This document shows, in pieces, positions 20,875-34,073 of a stretch of DNA of 64,000 nt (its first letter is position 1; each line of letters starts with the position of its first letter). A program made the position numbers and the translations under genes. The stretch spans positions 434,001 through 498,000 of the forward strand of contig OZ025701.1 in the NCBI GenBank assembly GCA_964019335.1, given 5' to 3'. The stretch comes from Diplonema japonicum (lineage: Eukaryota > Protista > Euglenozoa: Diplonemea). Below the pieces are notes generated by a model, which searched no databases, was not told the DNA's origin, and was given only the letters and a program-made list of their open reading frames with translations.

Positions 20875-23800
20875 CTAAGCTTTTACATTGCGGTAGGTGT
20901 AGTCGTAGGAAAGGCGCACTGCGATGGCTAACCGCTGCAAGATGACGATGCAGATGATGGTGACCAGCCATGCCGTGAGGCAGCAGGAGTAGAACACGAA
21001 CCTGGTGTTGTGCTCAGACCACGTGAGGAACGAGCGCAGCCGTACGGAGATGCGTGCCGACAGCGACGTGTACTGCTGCTCTGTTTTCACTACAGGCTTG
21101 TAGTTATCCAGCTCTAGCTTGAAGATGTCCTCCACGAACATGGTGTTTGAAAGGACCTGCCGCATTGTCCTCTCTACGTCCAATGCATGTGCCCAGTGCA
21201 GGAAGTCACTCCTTAGATTCACACCGAGGTTTCTGATTTCGGACAAGTTCTGCATGAAGTACTCGTCGTACTCCTTGCTCAGTGTGAGGTACGCGCTCTT
21301 GTCGGAGATGATGTACGCCAAGTGGTTTGTGTGCATGACGTGTGCTGACCTCGTGAGCTGCAGCCGCACCCACAGGTCGGACGGCATGTCAGCCGTCGTG
21401 GTCTTCCTCATTTCCTGCAGCAGCTGGTTTTGCGAGCAAGCGTTCCCACTCCACGCACACATAACGTCTCCGTAGCACGCCTGCTGGGCAGAGTGGCGGA
21501 AGCACCCCTTGCTGACAGCAGCACTGCCCGACACCAAGGGAGCATGCACCGTCGTGAAGGTGTACGCTCCTTCGTCCAACGGCATGAACGACAGGAAGCT
21601 TGCCTTCGACGTGTCTGCTGTCTCATTGCTGAACCTGAGCCCCACGGAAAGCAAATCTGTCACGTCTAGTGTGCACGAGGCGTCTTCGACCCTCCTCCAC
21701 AGCACGTGGCCGCCCAGTGCCGACACATCGATGCCCTTAGTGATGTCGACCCTCTCTGTAGGGGGTGTGCAGTCCTGCTTGTATACAGTGTTCTGGTCAT
21801 AGCTCACTTGGTAGTCGCACGTCTTGCCGATGGCTATGCATTTGCAGAGATGCCCGTTGCTGATCATATTATTCCCACACATGGGGTTCACTGCCACTCT
21901 TGCACCACACTCCTCTTTTGATAGGTCCTTGGATATCTCGATGGCGAGGTCTGCGCTGCAGTAGCGCCCAGGCCCGTCCTCCTTCCATTTGCACACAGGC
22001 CCTTGGTTGTGAAGCCCTATCTGGTAAGGCTTGCTGACCTCGAGTCGCAATAGCTCTGGTGAAAACCCTCCCGGCAGTGGTAAGAAGTACTCCAGTTGCT
22101 CTCCAGTGTTCCATGACGGGTGCTCCAAATCACTCAGTGGGCTATCCTGTCCCCTTAGAGGTGCCGTGCCTGTGTCAAGCCTTGCTGTTTGGTCAGGCCC
22201 ATTTACATTGACAGTGACCATTGTTTCTTGATTCAACGTGAGGTCGTAGTTCCCCAGCTGCGCCACGATGAGCGAGATGCTCAGTGTTCCTTGCGGTGCT
22301 AGTCTGAACTTGTTGGCAAATGCAGCCACCCACTCGCTCTCTTTTGTTAGAAACTTCTGCACGGCGCTGTTCCGTAGCAGCAGTCCTATGTCAAGCTGTG
22401 CAGCGAAGAACCCTGCATCTTTCTCAGAGTCGGGCATCTTCAGCTGGTTTTTGAAAACAATGTTGTAACCTGTTGCAACAGTAAGTTGGACGGCTCTCGG
22501 TTCCCACTTGATGATGGGAGTCCCGCTGTGCGTGTGTAGGTTTAAAACATTCCTTTGCATACTTGTTGTATCTGTCGAGCGTTGCGGTGATGTGCACGGT
22601 CTCCCACCTCTCGCTGTAAGACGAGAGCCACTGCTCTCTCGTGTTGATAATGAGCTTCTCCTCCTCGTTGATGTAATTCATGAACTGCACGATAGCTGGG
22701 TTCGTGGAGCGTGCGATCATCAGCAACCGGAGGGTTTCGTACTCATGCGACCCGTGGCGGGTGTTATATGCCTGCCGTGCACTGGTCGTTCCTTCTGTGC
22801 TTTCGACAATTGAAGTCGTGCTAGTAGTAGCACTTTCAAAGTCGGCAGTGCTCTGTGCTCCAAGCAGATACTGTGCGTCTTCAATGGACTTCTGCCCCAC
22901 GCGACGCAGATCCTGTGGTGGTGGTGGTACTGTTGCTGTGCAACATACTGTAAGATAAGTCTTCGTCTTCTCTGCTGTCTCCATGTAGGTCACGTCACCT
23001 GTTAGGACAAATGCAGACGAGTCCGACAGGAACTTGTTGAAGCCCAAGTGCCACGCATTGACGAGTTTCTGTTGTGTTGTGCATTCAACGTCCTGTGCCA
23101 TACTGTTGCTTTTTGTATTCGCTCCAGCTTCTCGGTACTTGTGCGCAGCTCATCGTACTGGCGCAGGGCCAACTGTTCGACCACAATGACTTCGATGACA
23201 AGGAGGACCATGATGCCTGTGAGCAGGATGGCCATGTCTTGCATTTCAACCCATGGATACGGGATGAGCGTGGCACCTTGGGGGCTTGTGTTGCACCTTG
23301 CTGTACTGAGATAGAGAACAACTGCACAAGTTACGATCAGCCAGGTGACAACAATGATGACGGCTGCGATAATGGCCTGTCTGACGGCCTTGTCACGTGC
23401 CTCGTCGATGGTTGACGAGAGATGAACATGGCGGCTGGTGTGCTGCCTGGAGTAGATCTGCACAAACTGCATCTGCTCTGTCATTGTGGCAAAGAAATCT
23501 TTTAAAAGGATTTTTTTCGTGGTCTGTGTCAGCTCCCCTGTGAGGAGCGTCATCTCGCTGCTCTGCTGCATATTCCCGACACTAGCTGAAATCAGCGACT
23601 GCAGCACCTGATCCTGGTTCAGCGTCCCTTTGTTGAACCTACTGAAGTCCCGCCTGTGCTGGTCGACGTTGGTCAGCACGTTGTCAACAGACTGCGTTAG
23701 TTTCGCGATGTCTAGCGTCGTCGTCTGCCCTAGCTCCTCTTTCTTTTTCTGCTCGGCTGTGACCTCTTCTAAGAATGTTTTCAGCTTCGTTGTGAACTTC

Positions 23801-25866
23801 AGCGACTGCGCAGCGTACTCCTTGTAGAAGTAGTCGACGTCCTTCTCGATGACCTGCTCGCGGAAGAGCACCTCCAACGTGTAGAGGGAGTTCTCGAAGT
23901 CGTACAGCCGGGCCATCTTCGATGACTTGTCTGAGTCACCATCATCGATGAGCTTCTGCCGTATGTCCTTGATCATGAGCCGGGCCATCTCCATCGCATC
24001 GTCAGGGGTGGCCTCCCAGGTGAGGAAGGACGCGTTGCCCTCCAGCACAGCTGTCGCGCGGTCGGACAGTGTGGGCACGAGGACGGCCTTCTTGAAGCTC
24101 TCCGTCTCAGCAACAATACTCCTGATCACAACAGGCACGGGCGAGGAGGCAGGGTCCAGGACTAGGACGTCGTTGAGAAGATCGTCAAAGGCTTGCAGCA
24201 AGGTGTCCACATTCTGGGTTACCAGTGCGTAACTAGCGTGCCCCGTGGTGGGGTTCACGAGGTTCGATATCCACGACGACTGCACTTTGTGGAGCTGCAT
24301 CTCAATCTCGCCCGCCTTGTGCGACACGGAGGTGCCGTACGCTAGCTTGTGGAAGGCCTCTTTGGAGTCGCCGATGCCGCGCATGGCCATCATGCCAGTG
24401 CCCACCATCATCACCAGACACAGCCCCACAGACAGGACGGTGACGACAGGCAGGGGGTACGCAAGAGCTGTCCTTTCCGTATTCGAGGTCTTAGGGAGCA
24501 TGACGCATGCCAGCAGCGCTGCCAAGAAGGCCACAGAGCAGTACCCCACCACAAGCACCGCACCGCGTTTCCACATATCCTTGACCACGCTTTCGTAGGG
24601 CTTGGTGGCGAAGTCCCGCTCCGTCATGAACGCCACATGATACTTGAACTCCTCTTGTTCCCCGCGAACCGAGTCGTCGTAGGTGGACGACAGGAAGCCT
24701 TGCTTCTGGGTGTACAGGGTCACGTCGTGGGATGTGAGGGTGGCCCCTCCGTAGTTCACAAGCTGCGTGACGAGCGATGTCGTGCACTGGACGCCGCAGG
24801 CATGCCTCGGGGGGTGCAGGAGCCGTGCGTGGGACTCGTACCCCGTCAGGAAGAAGGAGGCCTCAGACGTCGGCGGTAGCGCAGCGTTAAATTCCTGCAG
24901 CCACCGCAGCAGGATGCCCTCGTACATGGCGTCCGACCCCATGCCAGAGGTGCGCAGTGCCTGGTACGAGGCCAGCATGATGGAGGCGGTGTTGATGGTC
25001 TCACGCCGCTGCTGCTTGACGCCCTCTTCAAGGGACGCGGTGTAGGCGATGAGGACGAGGATGCCGACGAACCCGGACATCGCAACACCGCAGAGCCCCA
25101 TCATCGGGAGGTACCCCATGCCCTCCTGCACCTTTTTCAACAGCACGGTGAGGGCAAAGCCTATGGTAACTACGAAGGTGTAGATGATGAGCCCACCGAA
25201 CCACGTCTGGCTTTCCAATGTACCGGTGGAGCTGAGCGCCTCGTCTTTGTCTTGCTTGAGGATGAGCCCGATAGCTGTGCCCTTGATCATTCCGTACGAG
25301 TAGATGACCTCTGTGTTGGTGTAGTCGGTGGCAGTGAGCGTGCCGACTTCATGATTCTTTGACGCGAGGACAGCACTGCCGACAGCAGCGATGCGGTCGG
25401 TGTGGCACTTTGTTTGTTCACATGCTGACTGGAACTTCGGTTGGGTAAGGATGTGGATGTTGCAAGGAGGGGTGGCACACTCGACCCCAGTCACGAGCGC
25501 AACTTCAAAAGACTCGCTTAAGAACTCCCTGTTGAGGGACCCCGCCATGGAGATGAGCGCGGCCTCCTTATTACTGCTGTCCTGCATCACCCTGGCAGCG
25601 TTGTTGAAGAGAGAAGACACTGCAAGCAGTTGGATGTTCTTGTTGGCATTCGCACGGTCCACTGTTAGGTCGTAAATGTCGAGCCTGGCACGCACAGAGA
25701 TGACAAGACAGCTCATCACTAAGGTAGAAATGACAACACCAACGAATAGTACCTTCCCGCAGTAACCATGGCTTAGCAGCACACCCTTGCTCTTGTCATA
25801 CATGGCATTCTCGTGGATGATTGTTGAGGTCACTGTACCCACGTCTTCGTTAGATGTTCGTGACAT
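20875..25866 (-). CDS. Large 8-TM membrane protein (~1627 aa) with Cache-like and helical extracellular modules; introns 23069-23103, 22913-22948, 22526-22562
   Basis: Three track ORFs join in frame through GTATG...CAG introns of 35, 36 and 37 nt. Cache-like motif TDYTNTEVIYSYGMIKGTAIGLILKQDKDEAL. Confidence 0.8.
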
Positions 25867-27941
25867 AGTCTTTAAGGGTTTTTTTTCGGGGGGGGTAAGA
25901 GGGGTGGGTAAAAATGGGGAAGAAGGGAAAAAAAAGAGAAAAAAAAAAAGGGCACTTTCACGGCAAAAAGAATAATGTAAAACAAACAAAAAAAGTAAAG
26001 GGGTAAAAAAAAAAAATGAGCCGGAAGGAGGGGGGTAAAAAAATGGGGGGGGGACCAAAGGAGGCTCTCATCTGACATGGTGGCCCACCAGCTTCCCTCT
26101 TCCGTCAGACAGAAGCAAACTTGAACTTGTGGAAGAAGGAAAATAAATTTGTTACCCCTCTTTTTTTTTTTCAATAAACTTTTTTTTTCCCCCCTTCTCT
26201 TCGTTTCTTTTCTCCCGTGAATTCTTTTTTCTTCTTCTTCTTCGGTACTCTTTTATTTCTGTCTTTTGTTTAATTTTTCTCGGTAAATTCTACTTTTTTT
26301 TGTGTTTTTTTTTTTCCTCTTAATTATTTTTTCTTCTTTTTTTTTGTTTTTTTTTTTTTTTTGTTTCTCCTGATCTTCCTCCTTGCTTCTTTTATTACAA
26401 TTCGCTTTATTTTCTCTTCAGGGCGTCTCAACCAAGAATAAGGCATCTAAGGAAAAGAATAAAAGGAAAGAAGGAAAGAAAGAGGAAGTATAAAAAAAAA
26501 AAGGAAAAAAAAATAAGAAAGAAGAGGAAATGAAAATGAGGCAAGGGAATGGAAAAAAAAAAGGAGAGAAAGAGAGAGAAGAGAAGGGGAAGGGGCAGTT
26601 CAAGCAAAGGGCGGGACACACATGGAGAGATTCGCTACTTCTTTTTTTTTTTTAAATGGTTTTGCTCAGTCTCGTTCCATTTCTCTTTCGCTTTTTCCTC
26701 CTATCTTGCTATCCAAGCGGTTTATCAGCCAAAATAACAAGAAATTCAAAAAAAAAAAAGAAAAAAATAAATTGCCGTGTCAAAATTGATTTCATATTGA
26801 CCCAATTATCTGGGGGGGGGAAGAAAAAAGAATAAGATGTCATTGAAAAGATTGTGGTAGAATTATAACTTCCAAATATACCCCCCTTTTTTTTTCTTTT
26901 TTATTCCCTTGAGGGAAAAATTCCGTGAGCACGCAGGGCAACATTATACCTGACGTGACAAAGGAAACACACGACCAACTTTCGGGAGGGATGCTATGAA
27001 TCTTTTTTTTTTTTTTTGGTTCTCCTTCTATTTCTTCTCTCAGGAAGAAGAGCCAAGAAAAAGAAAGGAACAAAAAAGAAAGAGAGGAGGGGGGGGGGGG
27101 GGGGTAAGGATAACTATACTGGGAATGTAAAAAGAAAAAAGAAGAAGAAAAAAAATGCGGCTTAGAGGAGTACACCAAACCCAAAGATAGCAAAGAAAAA
27201 AAAATAGGGAGGGGAAAATAAAAAAGAAAAGAAATAGAAACAAAGAGATAGAAAGAAACAAAGAGAGGGTGACTCCCCATTCTAAATCTCTTTCCATAAT
27301 TTTTTTTTCTCAATTCTCTATTTCTATTCATACTTTTCTTTTCTTATATTGAACACAGTGGCTGCAACCGGTTAGAAAAAGATAAAGATATTAAAAGAAT
27401 CTCCTCAGGAAAGTGAAGGTTTTTTTTTTTTTTTTTTTTTTCCTTTCCCGTTTCGGCATGAGATTCGCCGGTGGAAAAAGAAAAGAAAAGAAAAGAAAAT
27501 GTCACATAAGTTTCTTAAGATGAACCACTCCTTTTCGTTTGCAGCTAAGGTTGAAGGGGGGGGGGGGGAAAGGAAAAAACTCACTCTGACAGGGAAGTGA
27601 CAGCAACGATCCCATCAAAGAATAAGAAAGAAAAAAAAACACGAGGGAAAAAAAAGGACGAACGGAAGGGGGGGGGGGGGGGAAGGGAAATAATAATAAT
27701 AATGTGACACGGGCAACATGTGAGAGACAGAAAAAAAAAAAGAAAAAAGAAGAAGAAAAAAAAGAGAGAGCGCAATAAAGCTCTCCTTCTTTTTTTTTCT
27801 TTTTTTTTTTTCTTCTTTTTTCTTCCAATGGAAATTTTTTCCTATAAAAAACTTTTTCTTTGGTTCGCGCAAAAAAAAAAAGGGGGGGAGAGGGGGTTAG
27901 CTAGAAGTAAGATGTTTCTTCTTCAATGTACACCGATGGCC

Positions 27942-28817
27942 TCAGAAAACAGCCTGCGTCTGGTTGAAAGAGCCCATCACAGAAGACGGCAGAATGAAAT
28001 CGACGGGGTCGTGCGTCTTAAAGAAATCCAGCTCTTTGGAAAAGCAGTACATAGACGTGGGTGTGGAACACCTGCTAGGTGAGGCCGATGAGCTTTCCGT
28101 GTAGCTTGTGAGCGAAGACGTATCGTCAGTGGCAGTGAGCTCATCGTCATCTTCGTCCTCGCACAGCAGCTCTGGCAAGAGATCGAGGTCGGCTTCTGAA
28201 AGGCTCTCGGAGAAGGCCTCGGACAGGACCCTTGGTGAGTCGGAAGTGCTTGCGCTTGTAGCAATGTCGTGGACAAGGTGATCGAACCCTAGAGACTGCG
28301 CCTTGAGCGGGTTCCACCCCAGTGGGATGTCACCGCCCTCACTGTCCTTCCCGAACAGCGAGAACTGCGACGGAACGACTTCCTCCTCGTCGATGACCTT
28401 CTCTGTGTCCATGTCCGAAAGGATCTCAATGGGCTGCAGCGGCTGGACGTGCATAGTGTGCTGCACCACCTCCACTTCAACCTCAGTCTTGAACACATCT
28501 GCAGAGCCCCTTGCGTCTGTCATCACAGCCAGTGCTGCCACGGCTGTCACGGCCGCAAGCGACCCCTTCTCTTGAGTGGGCTTCTCTTCCAGCTGCTCCT
28601 GCGGTGTGTCTTCGGTGTGCTTCTTGGTCCTGTTCCTCCTCCTCCTTCTGACGCCCTCGCGTGCTACGACCTCCACAACCTTCTTCACCTCTGCGTTGGT
28701 CACCTTCCCCTCGCGCAGGGCTCTCGTGGCGTACTTGAAGGCGACGTACGCACCAGTGCTGAACATGAGGAGGGCTACCATCACCATCATGTCGTACATG
28801 TTGTTGTAGCTGGCCAT
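27942..28817 (-). CDS. Hypothetical protein with N-terminal TM anchor and acidic/Ser-rich tail (291 aa)
   Basis: ORF with coding-like composition matching its neighbours, preceded by a pyrimidine tract and AG. Confidence 0.65.
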   Translation of the reverse strand: MASYNNMYDMMVMVALLMFSTGAYVAFKYATRALREGKVTNAEVKKVVEVVAREGVRRRRRNRTKKHTEDTPQEQLEEKPTQEKGSLAAVTAVAALAVMTDARGSADVFKTEVEVEVVQHTMHVQPLQPIEILSDMDTEKVIDEEEVVPSQFSLFGKDSEGGDIPLGWNPLKAQSLGFDHLVHDIATSASTSDSPRVLSEAFSESLSEADLDLLPELLCEDEDDDELTATDDTSSLTSYTESSSASPSRCSTPTSMYCFSKELDFFKTHDPVDFILPSSVMGSFNQTQAVF

Positions 28818-28968
28818 CTTACGTGTCGTGTTGTGTGTGCAATGCTGTGATGGTTGAACAGTAGGAGGAGGGGAGGGGGGGAAGGGGGAAGGGAGAAGGG
28901 GGTATGAACACTCTGCGTGTAAAAAGACATCGCAAGGCCAGCATGCAGGGTGCAGGGTGCAGAGAGGG

Positions 28969-29949
28969 CTAAAGCTTGGCGTTGATAGGCGTTACCTTGT
29001 TGCAGCGTGTGAAGGCGTCGCTCATGACACGCCAAAAGCCAGCGACATCCATGGCGGTGGCAACGTGCACGTTCTTTGGGCGGTCTGAGCAGCCCCAGAT
29101 GTCACAGACGGTCTGCCCTGCAGTGAGGTGGTCACCCGTGACAACATCAACACGCATAAGCTTTGTGGTGAAGAGGTGAGGGTGCGTGATCCAGGCCACG
29201 GCACAGGGGTCGTGCAAAGGAGGGCTTGCGAAGCCGAACTCCCTTTTGTACGTATCGGCAAAGAACATCATGAGGTCCCTGACCATCGTGAAGAGACGCG
29301 ACCCGTGCATCGCAGCTTGCAGGTCTCGAAGGACACCAGGTGTGACTAGCGCAGTGTGCGTGACCTCCAAGGGCACCATCGTGATGGGCAAGGGAAGGGC
29401 ACACACTATGGCAGCAGCCTCAGGGTCACAGAGGATGTTAAACTCCGCAACAGGGTGGCGGTTGCCAATCCCCATGGCACCACCCATGAAGCTAATTTGT
29501 GAAATGTTTTTCAGAACCTCAGGGTGCGTGCGTGCAAGAACTGCAACGTTGGTCAGGGCGCCTAAGGCCACCAGCGACACAGGTGTCGGGTGAGATGTGA
29601 TGCGGTGCGCCATTGCAGCAGTCCAATGAGGGGGAGTCTCTGATAGGGGGCAGGTCTTGAAGCTGTCGAAGACGGCACTCCCCTCCATCCCCGACTCCCC
29701 GTGGATCCCAGGGTCGTGTTTGGCCTCCTTGATCAAAGGCCTTTCGCTGCCTTGCAGGACCACCACATCTTTCCTTCCGCAGATTTCAAGCATTTTCCTT
29801 GCATTAGCAGTTGTTTTATCAACACTCTGGTTCCCGGACACTGTGCTCACCCCTATCAAGTCACACTTTCCATGGCAAGCGAGTACTAGCGCCATTGCAT
29901 CGTCGTGGCCAGGGTCGCAATCTATCCACACTGCTGGGGTGTCTTGCAT
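28969..29949 (-). CDS. Inosine-uridine preferring nucleoside hydrolase family protein
   Basis: DCDPGHDDA, IHGESG, GALTNVA, AEFNILCDPEAA and LHDP motifs. Confidence 0.92.
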   Translation of the reverse strand: MQDTPAVWIDCDPGHDDAMALVLACHGKCDLIGVSTVSGNQSVDKTTANARKMLEICGRKDVVVLQGSERPLIKEAKHDPGIHGESGMEGSAVFDSFKTCPLSETPPHWTAAMAHRITSHPTPVSLVALGALTNVAVLARTHPEVLKNISQISFMGGAMGIGNRHPVAEFNILCDPEAAAIVCALPLPITMVPLEVTHTALVTPGVLRDLQAAMHGSRLFTMVRDLMMFFADTYKREFGFASPPLHDPCAVAWITHPHLFTTKLMRVDVVTGDHLTAGQTVCDIWGCSDRPKNVHVATAMDVAGFWRVMSDAFTRCNKVTPINAKL

Positions 29950-31268
29950 TTTTTTCCCCCGCCCCCTGGTTCAAATGTAAAAACGAAGAAAAAAAAAATA
30001 TAAAAAAAATTCACTATGATGGGGGAAAAGTAGTTGCAAACAACCCACCAAAAAGTAAAGGGGAAGAGAAGGGGGTAAAAAAAAAATATAAAAAAAGAAA
30101 AAAAGGAGTAAATAAACATGTATGGAATGGGTGGGGATCTCGGAAGAAGGGGGGGGAAGGGTAAATGGGAGGAAATTAAAAGTTGTTTCTTTTCCTTTTT
30201 TTTTCCTGTTTTTTCCTCCCCCTTTTTTTTTCTGTCTCGTTTTTTTTTTTTTTTTTTTTTTTTGAGATGGAAAAAGAAGGAAAAAAAAGAGAAAAAAGAG
30301 GGGTATGTGGTCTCGCAAATAAAAAACAATAAAATAAGAGCGTGTGGATCCCCTAAAAAAAAAAAAGAATAGCGACTTAAGAAAGGGCTAATTATATTTT
30401 TCGTGCCCAATGTCACTGCCGGAAAAAAAAAAAAAAAAAAAAAGATGAAGATGGGAATGCACAAAATAGCATAGTGCTCACCAACACTTTCTTTCCCCGC
30501 GTCTTCTCATCTTTTAAAAATATGAAAATAAAAAGGGGGGGGGGAGAGTAACACAGCCTCTTTTGCATAATGGCCAATTATGTGGTATTTTGTCATAATT
30601 TATGAATTCGATAACCTTACTCTTGGTAGAACGGGGGGAAAAAAAAAAGGTTTTTTTTTTTTTTTTTTTTCTTTTGCAAAAAAACTTCCGGCAAAAAAAA
30701 AAAAAAAAAAAAGACTATTTTTCTCGACATCTATCGCATAATTTGCCATAAAAACCTAGCAGTCAACAACCTTTAACTTTCCGCCCATTAAAATCCACCA
30801 CATCTTTCTTCTTTCATTCTCTTTTTTTTTTTCCTTCGGAACTCGGCATTTTTGCCAATAAAAAAAAAAAAAAAAAAAAAAAAAAACAGGTCTATCACTC
30901 CACCCTTGCAAAAAAATAAAAAATAAACGGGGGGAGAGAGAGAGAGAAAGGGACCCTACCCTAATGCAGCTATTCACATGGAAAAAAAATTAAAGAGAAG
31001 AGGAGGAAGGGAAAAGAATGGAAGATATATATATTTTTAATTTTTTGAAGCCTGCCCCTTTTTCTTCCAATACCCCCCCCCCCCCCAAACAAAGAAATCT
31101 CACTTCAACTATTGCACAATCACTTAAGTGGATTACATAGGGGTTTTTTCTTCTTGTCTTCTTTTTATTTTTCATTTTCTTCTTCTTCTTTGTTTCTTTT
31201 TCTCTCCCCTCTCCCCAATCTTCTGTTTGCCCCCCTCCCCCCCCCCCCCCCCCCAACCTAGCTCATTT

Positions 31269-33877
31269 TTACAAGCCCTTCAGAGTAATCACATAAATAT
31301 TGCCCATAGAATCGCCGAGAACAACCTATTGAGTTTTTTTTTTTTTCCTTCGTTTTTTTTCCTTTTTTTTTTCCCTCTCCGATTTACCTTGTCGTGAGCA
31401 GAACTAGCGAGGCAATACACGGGCGCGCGGGTGTAGAAAGTAAGAACCTTTTTTTATTTAATATTCCCCCCTTCTTCCTCCCCCCCCCCCCCCCCCCATT
31501 TTCCTTCCACACCTCTTCACCCGTCTGGCGGTCAAAGATAATAACTGTTCTCAAGTTGCAAGACGCGATAATATAATTGCCAAAATCGCCTGGGCAGGAA
31601 CTGCAGAGTGTCCATGTGAACCGCTTCTTGGTACGCGTGATGGGAAGGGCCATCTGTGGGTGTGTGTTGGTTCTCGTGTTGTGTTACCTGAATATTTTCC
31701 ACGTGCATGCTCAGCTTGCACGCGCCTGTCTTGACGTCCCACAGCTTGATCTCGTTCTCATCGTTTGACAAGATCTGCTTCCCATCAGGGAGGTATCTAC
31801 ACCCCAGCACAATGCCCGAGTGTCCCTTTAACACCTTTACTGACTGCCCACTTGCTGCAGACCAGATGCGGACAGTCCTGTGTGTACGTGTGCCGTTTGG
31901 CACTGTAAGCATACTTGTCTGCTGACGCTGAAACTATGTGTTTGTCATCAGGAGCGAAGTCCAAGGAGATGATGATGGCTGTGTGCTCTGTGAAGGCGGC
32001 ACGCTCTTTTCCCTTCTTGGTGTCCCAGACTCTGCACACCTGTGAGACATGTGTTTGGGTTTGAACTCAACATGATGGATACCTTGTCCTGGCACCCCGA
32101 CACAATCAGCCGTCCCGATTTGCTCCACGCGCAGCAGATAACTACCTTGTCGTGCTCAAACTGCAGCAGCACCTTCGCCGTGATGGCGTCCCACAAGATA
32201 AGGTTCTGGTCACGCGATGTGGTTGCTACGTGTTTCTGGTCGTCCGAGAAGGCGACAGACGTGAGGGTGTCGTCGTGCCCCGAGAAGGACACCATTTCCT
32301 TCCCTGTCTTGATGTCGGAGAGCACCACGATGACGTCTTCGTGCGAGCAGCTGAGGATGTGCCTTTCGTCGGGCGAGATGGCCACGCACTTCACACGTGC
32401 CGCGTGTCCTATGAGGAACGTGGTTGTGTAGTTAACTATGAAGAGCCCTTCAGGCTTGGGTTGCTTCTTCGGCACAGACAACGCTATCTTGTTCTTGGCC
32501 AGCAATTTCTGTGGCTCGTGCTTCATGACCGTCTCGGCGTCGACTCCAATCGCGAAATCGCCGAACGCAAAGTCCAGTGCGGACCCTGCACCACTGCCAC
32601 CCCCACCGCTGCCTCCATAGGTGGAGTAGTCATAGCTCCCGCCTGTGGTGTCGATCGCGAAGTCCCCGTAGTGGAAGACGCCCTGGTCGTCCACAATCTT
32701 CGTTGGCTCCACCTCATCGTTGATTGACACGCTCAGGCGCTTCTTCCTGCCCAGCGGCTTCTTTTTCGAAGTACTTTTCTCGTCCTCGGACCCAGCCAAG
32801 TCCTGCATGAAGACGTCGTCTGCGGCACTCGTGTCCGCCTCCTTCACAACGGTGCAGTCGCCCCACGTGAAGTAGTGCCCGCTGCTCTTTCTTCTTTTCT
32901 TCACTGCCTCGCCCGGTTTGGTGTCTCCCAGCAAGCCCTCCTTCGACCCGCCGGGGGCTTCTTCCTTGTTCCCTGCCTCCAGCTGCTCTCTAAGCACTCT
33001 CTTCTCCGCCTCTGTTGCCTCTCCTGCTAGGAACGCCTGTGTGGTGGTGTAATGCTGTGTTGCAATCATACCTGTCGGGCCTTCTCGATTGACACCGGCT
33101 GCTCTTGCCTCGGCTGCCCTGACTGCAGGTTAGTGTGAATAGATTCTAGTTTCGCCTGCCGTTGTGTGACAACATATTTGTACAGCATACCAAGGAATTG
33201 TAGATGCCACTGCCCGTGTGGGCAGCTATGAAGAGCTCGCTGATGCCGTCACATTCCGAGCCGAGGTTGAAGGAGGGGAAATGGGGCCTGTCCTCGCGTA
33301 CATGCGAGTAGACGGCGCGGAGGCCTCTTCTTGGGATGATGGGGCGCTCCTGTGCCACGGAGAGGAGTGAGGAAATACCAGGAAGGAGTCTTTGCCGTTC
33401 TGTGGCCCTCCAGCTCTGGTACAGTTTTGTGTAGTGCGACTGCAACAGAAGCAAGATGTTATCGTCTGTGCCCTGAAAGATCTCCTCGACACAAGGAAGA
33501 GGCTCCTCCAGCTCAGTCTTTGATGTGGGCGATGTACACTGTCCCTTGACCACCTGGTGCAAAAGGGTGATGAGGTTTACCGCCAGACACTGCTGTTTCG
33601 CAATAGCAGTGCCTCGCTCGCTAAACTCGTTCTGCAGGTCTTTCTGCTTCCCCGGTATCGTGTCCTTTGACTTCCTAGGGTCGAAGCCTAGACTCTTTAT
33701 TTCTAAAGGGTTCAATGTTTGCGGAATAGGAATAAGGTTTGGCCGGTGCACGATGGGCTCAATCGTCGCGAACCTCTCTGGCTTCTTTGATAACGCTCCG
33801 TTGCTGCCACTCTGCCTTCCCTTTCTCAAGGCTTGCGAAGGACTGCCCACCACGGGCATCCCACCTACTTCGGCCAT
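31269..33877 (-). CDS. WD40-repeat protein with long N-terminal extension, ~754 aa, 7 introns (33123-33190, 33037-33071, 32040-32082, 31878-31914, 31654-31687, 31448-31512, 31326-31387)
   Basis: GH...WD repeats. All seven GT-AG introns restore one frame ending VVLGDSMGNIYVITLKGL-stop. Confidence 0.85.
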
Positions 33878-34073
33878 GTAATATGAGTTCTAATAAATCT
33901 AATAGACACCACACGCCATATGCTGCCAATGCCCGCTTTGATGTGGTACAGATTGAAATGTAGGGGAAAAGACTGGTTCACAATGATAAACGTTGAGGAA
34001 TAAGGGAAGAAAAAAAAAAAAAACCGCCGGTGTTAGAAAAGACAGGCCAATGTAACGCTAGCCAAAAGGAACA

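Noticed and set aside
22424-23103. Apparent programmed frameshifts or pseudogenisation between overlapping ORFs
   Set aside because: Fully explained by short canonical GT-AG introns that restore the frame.
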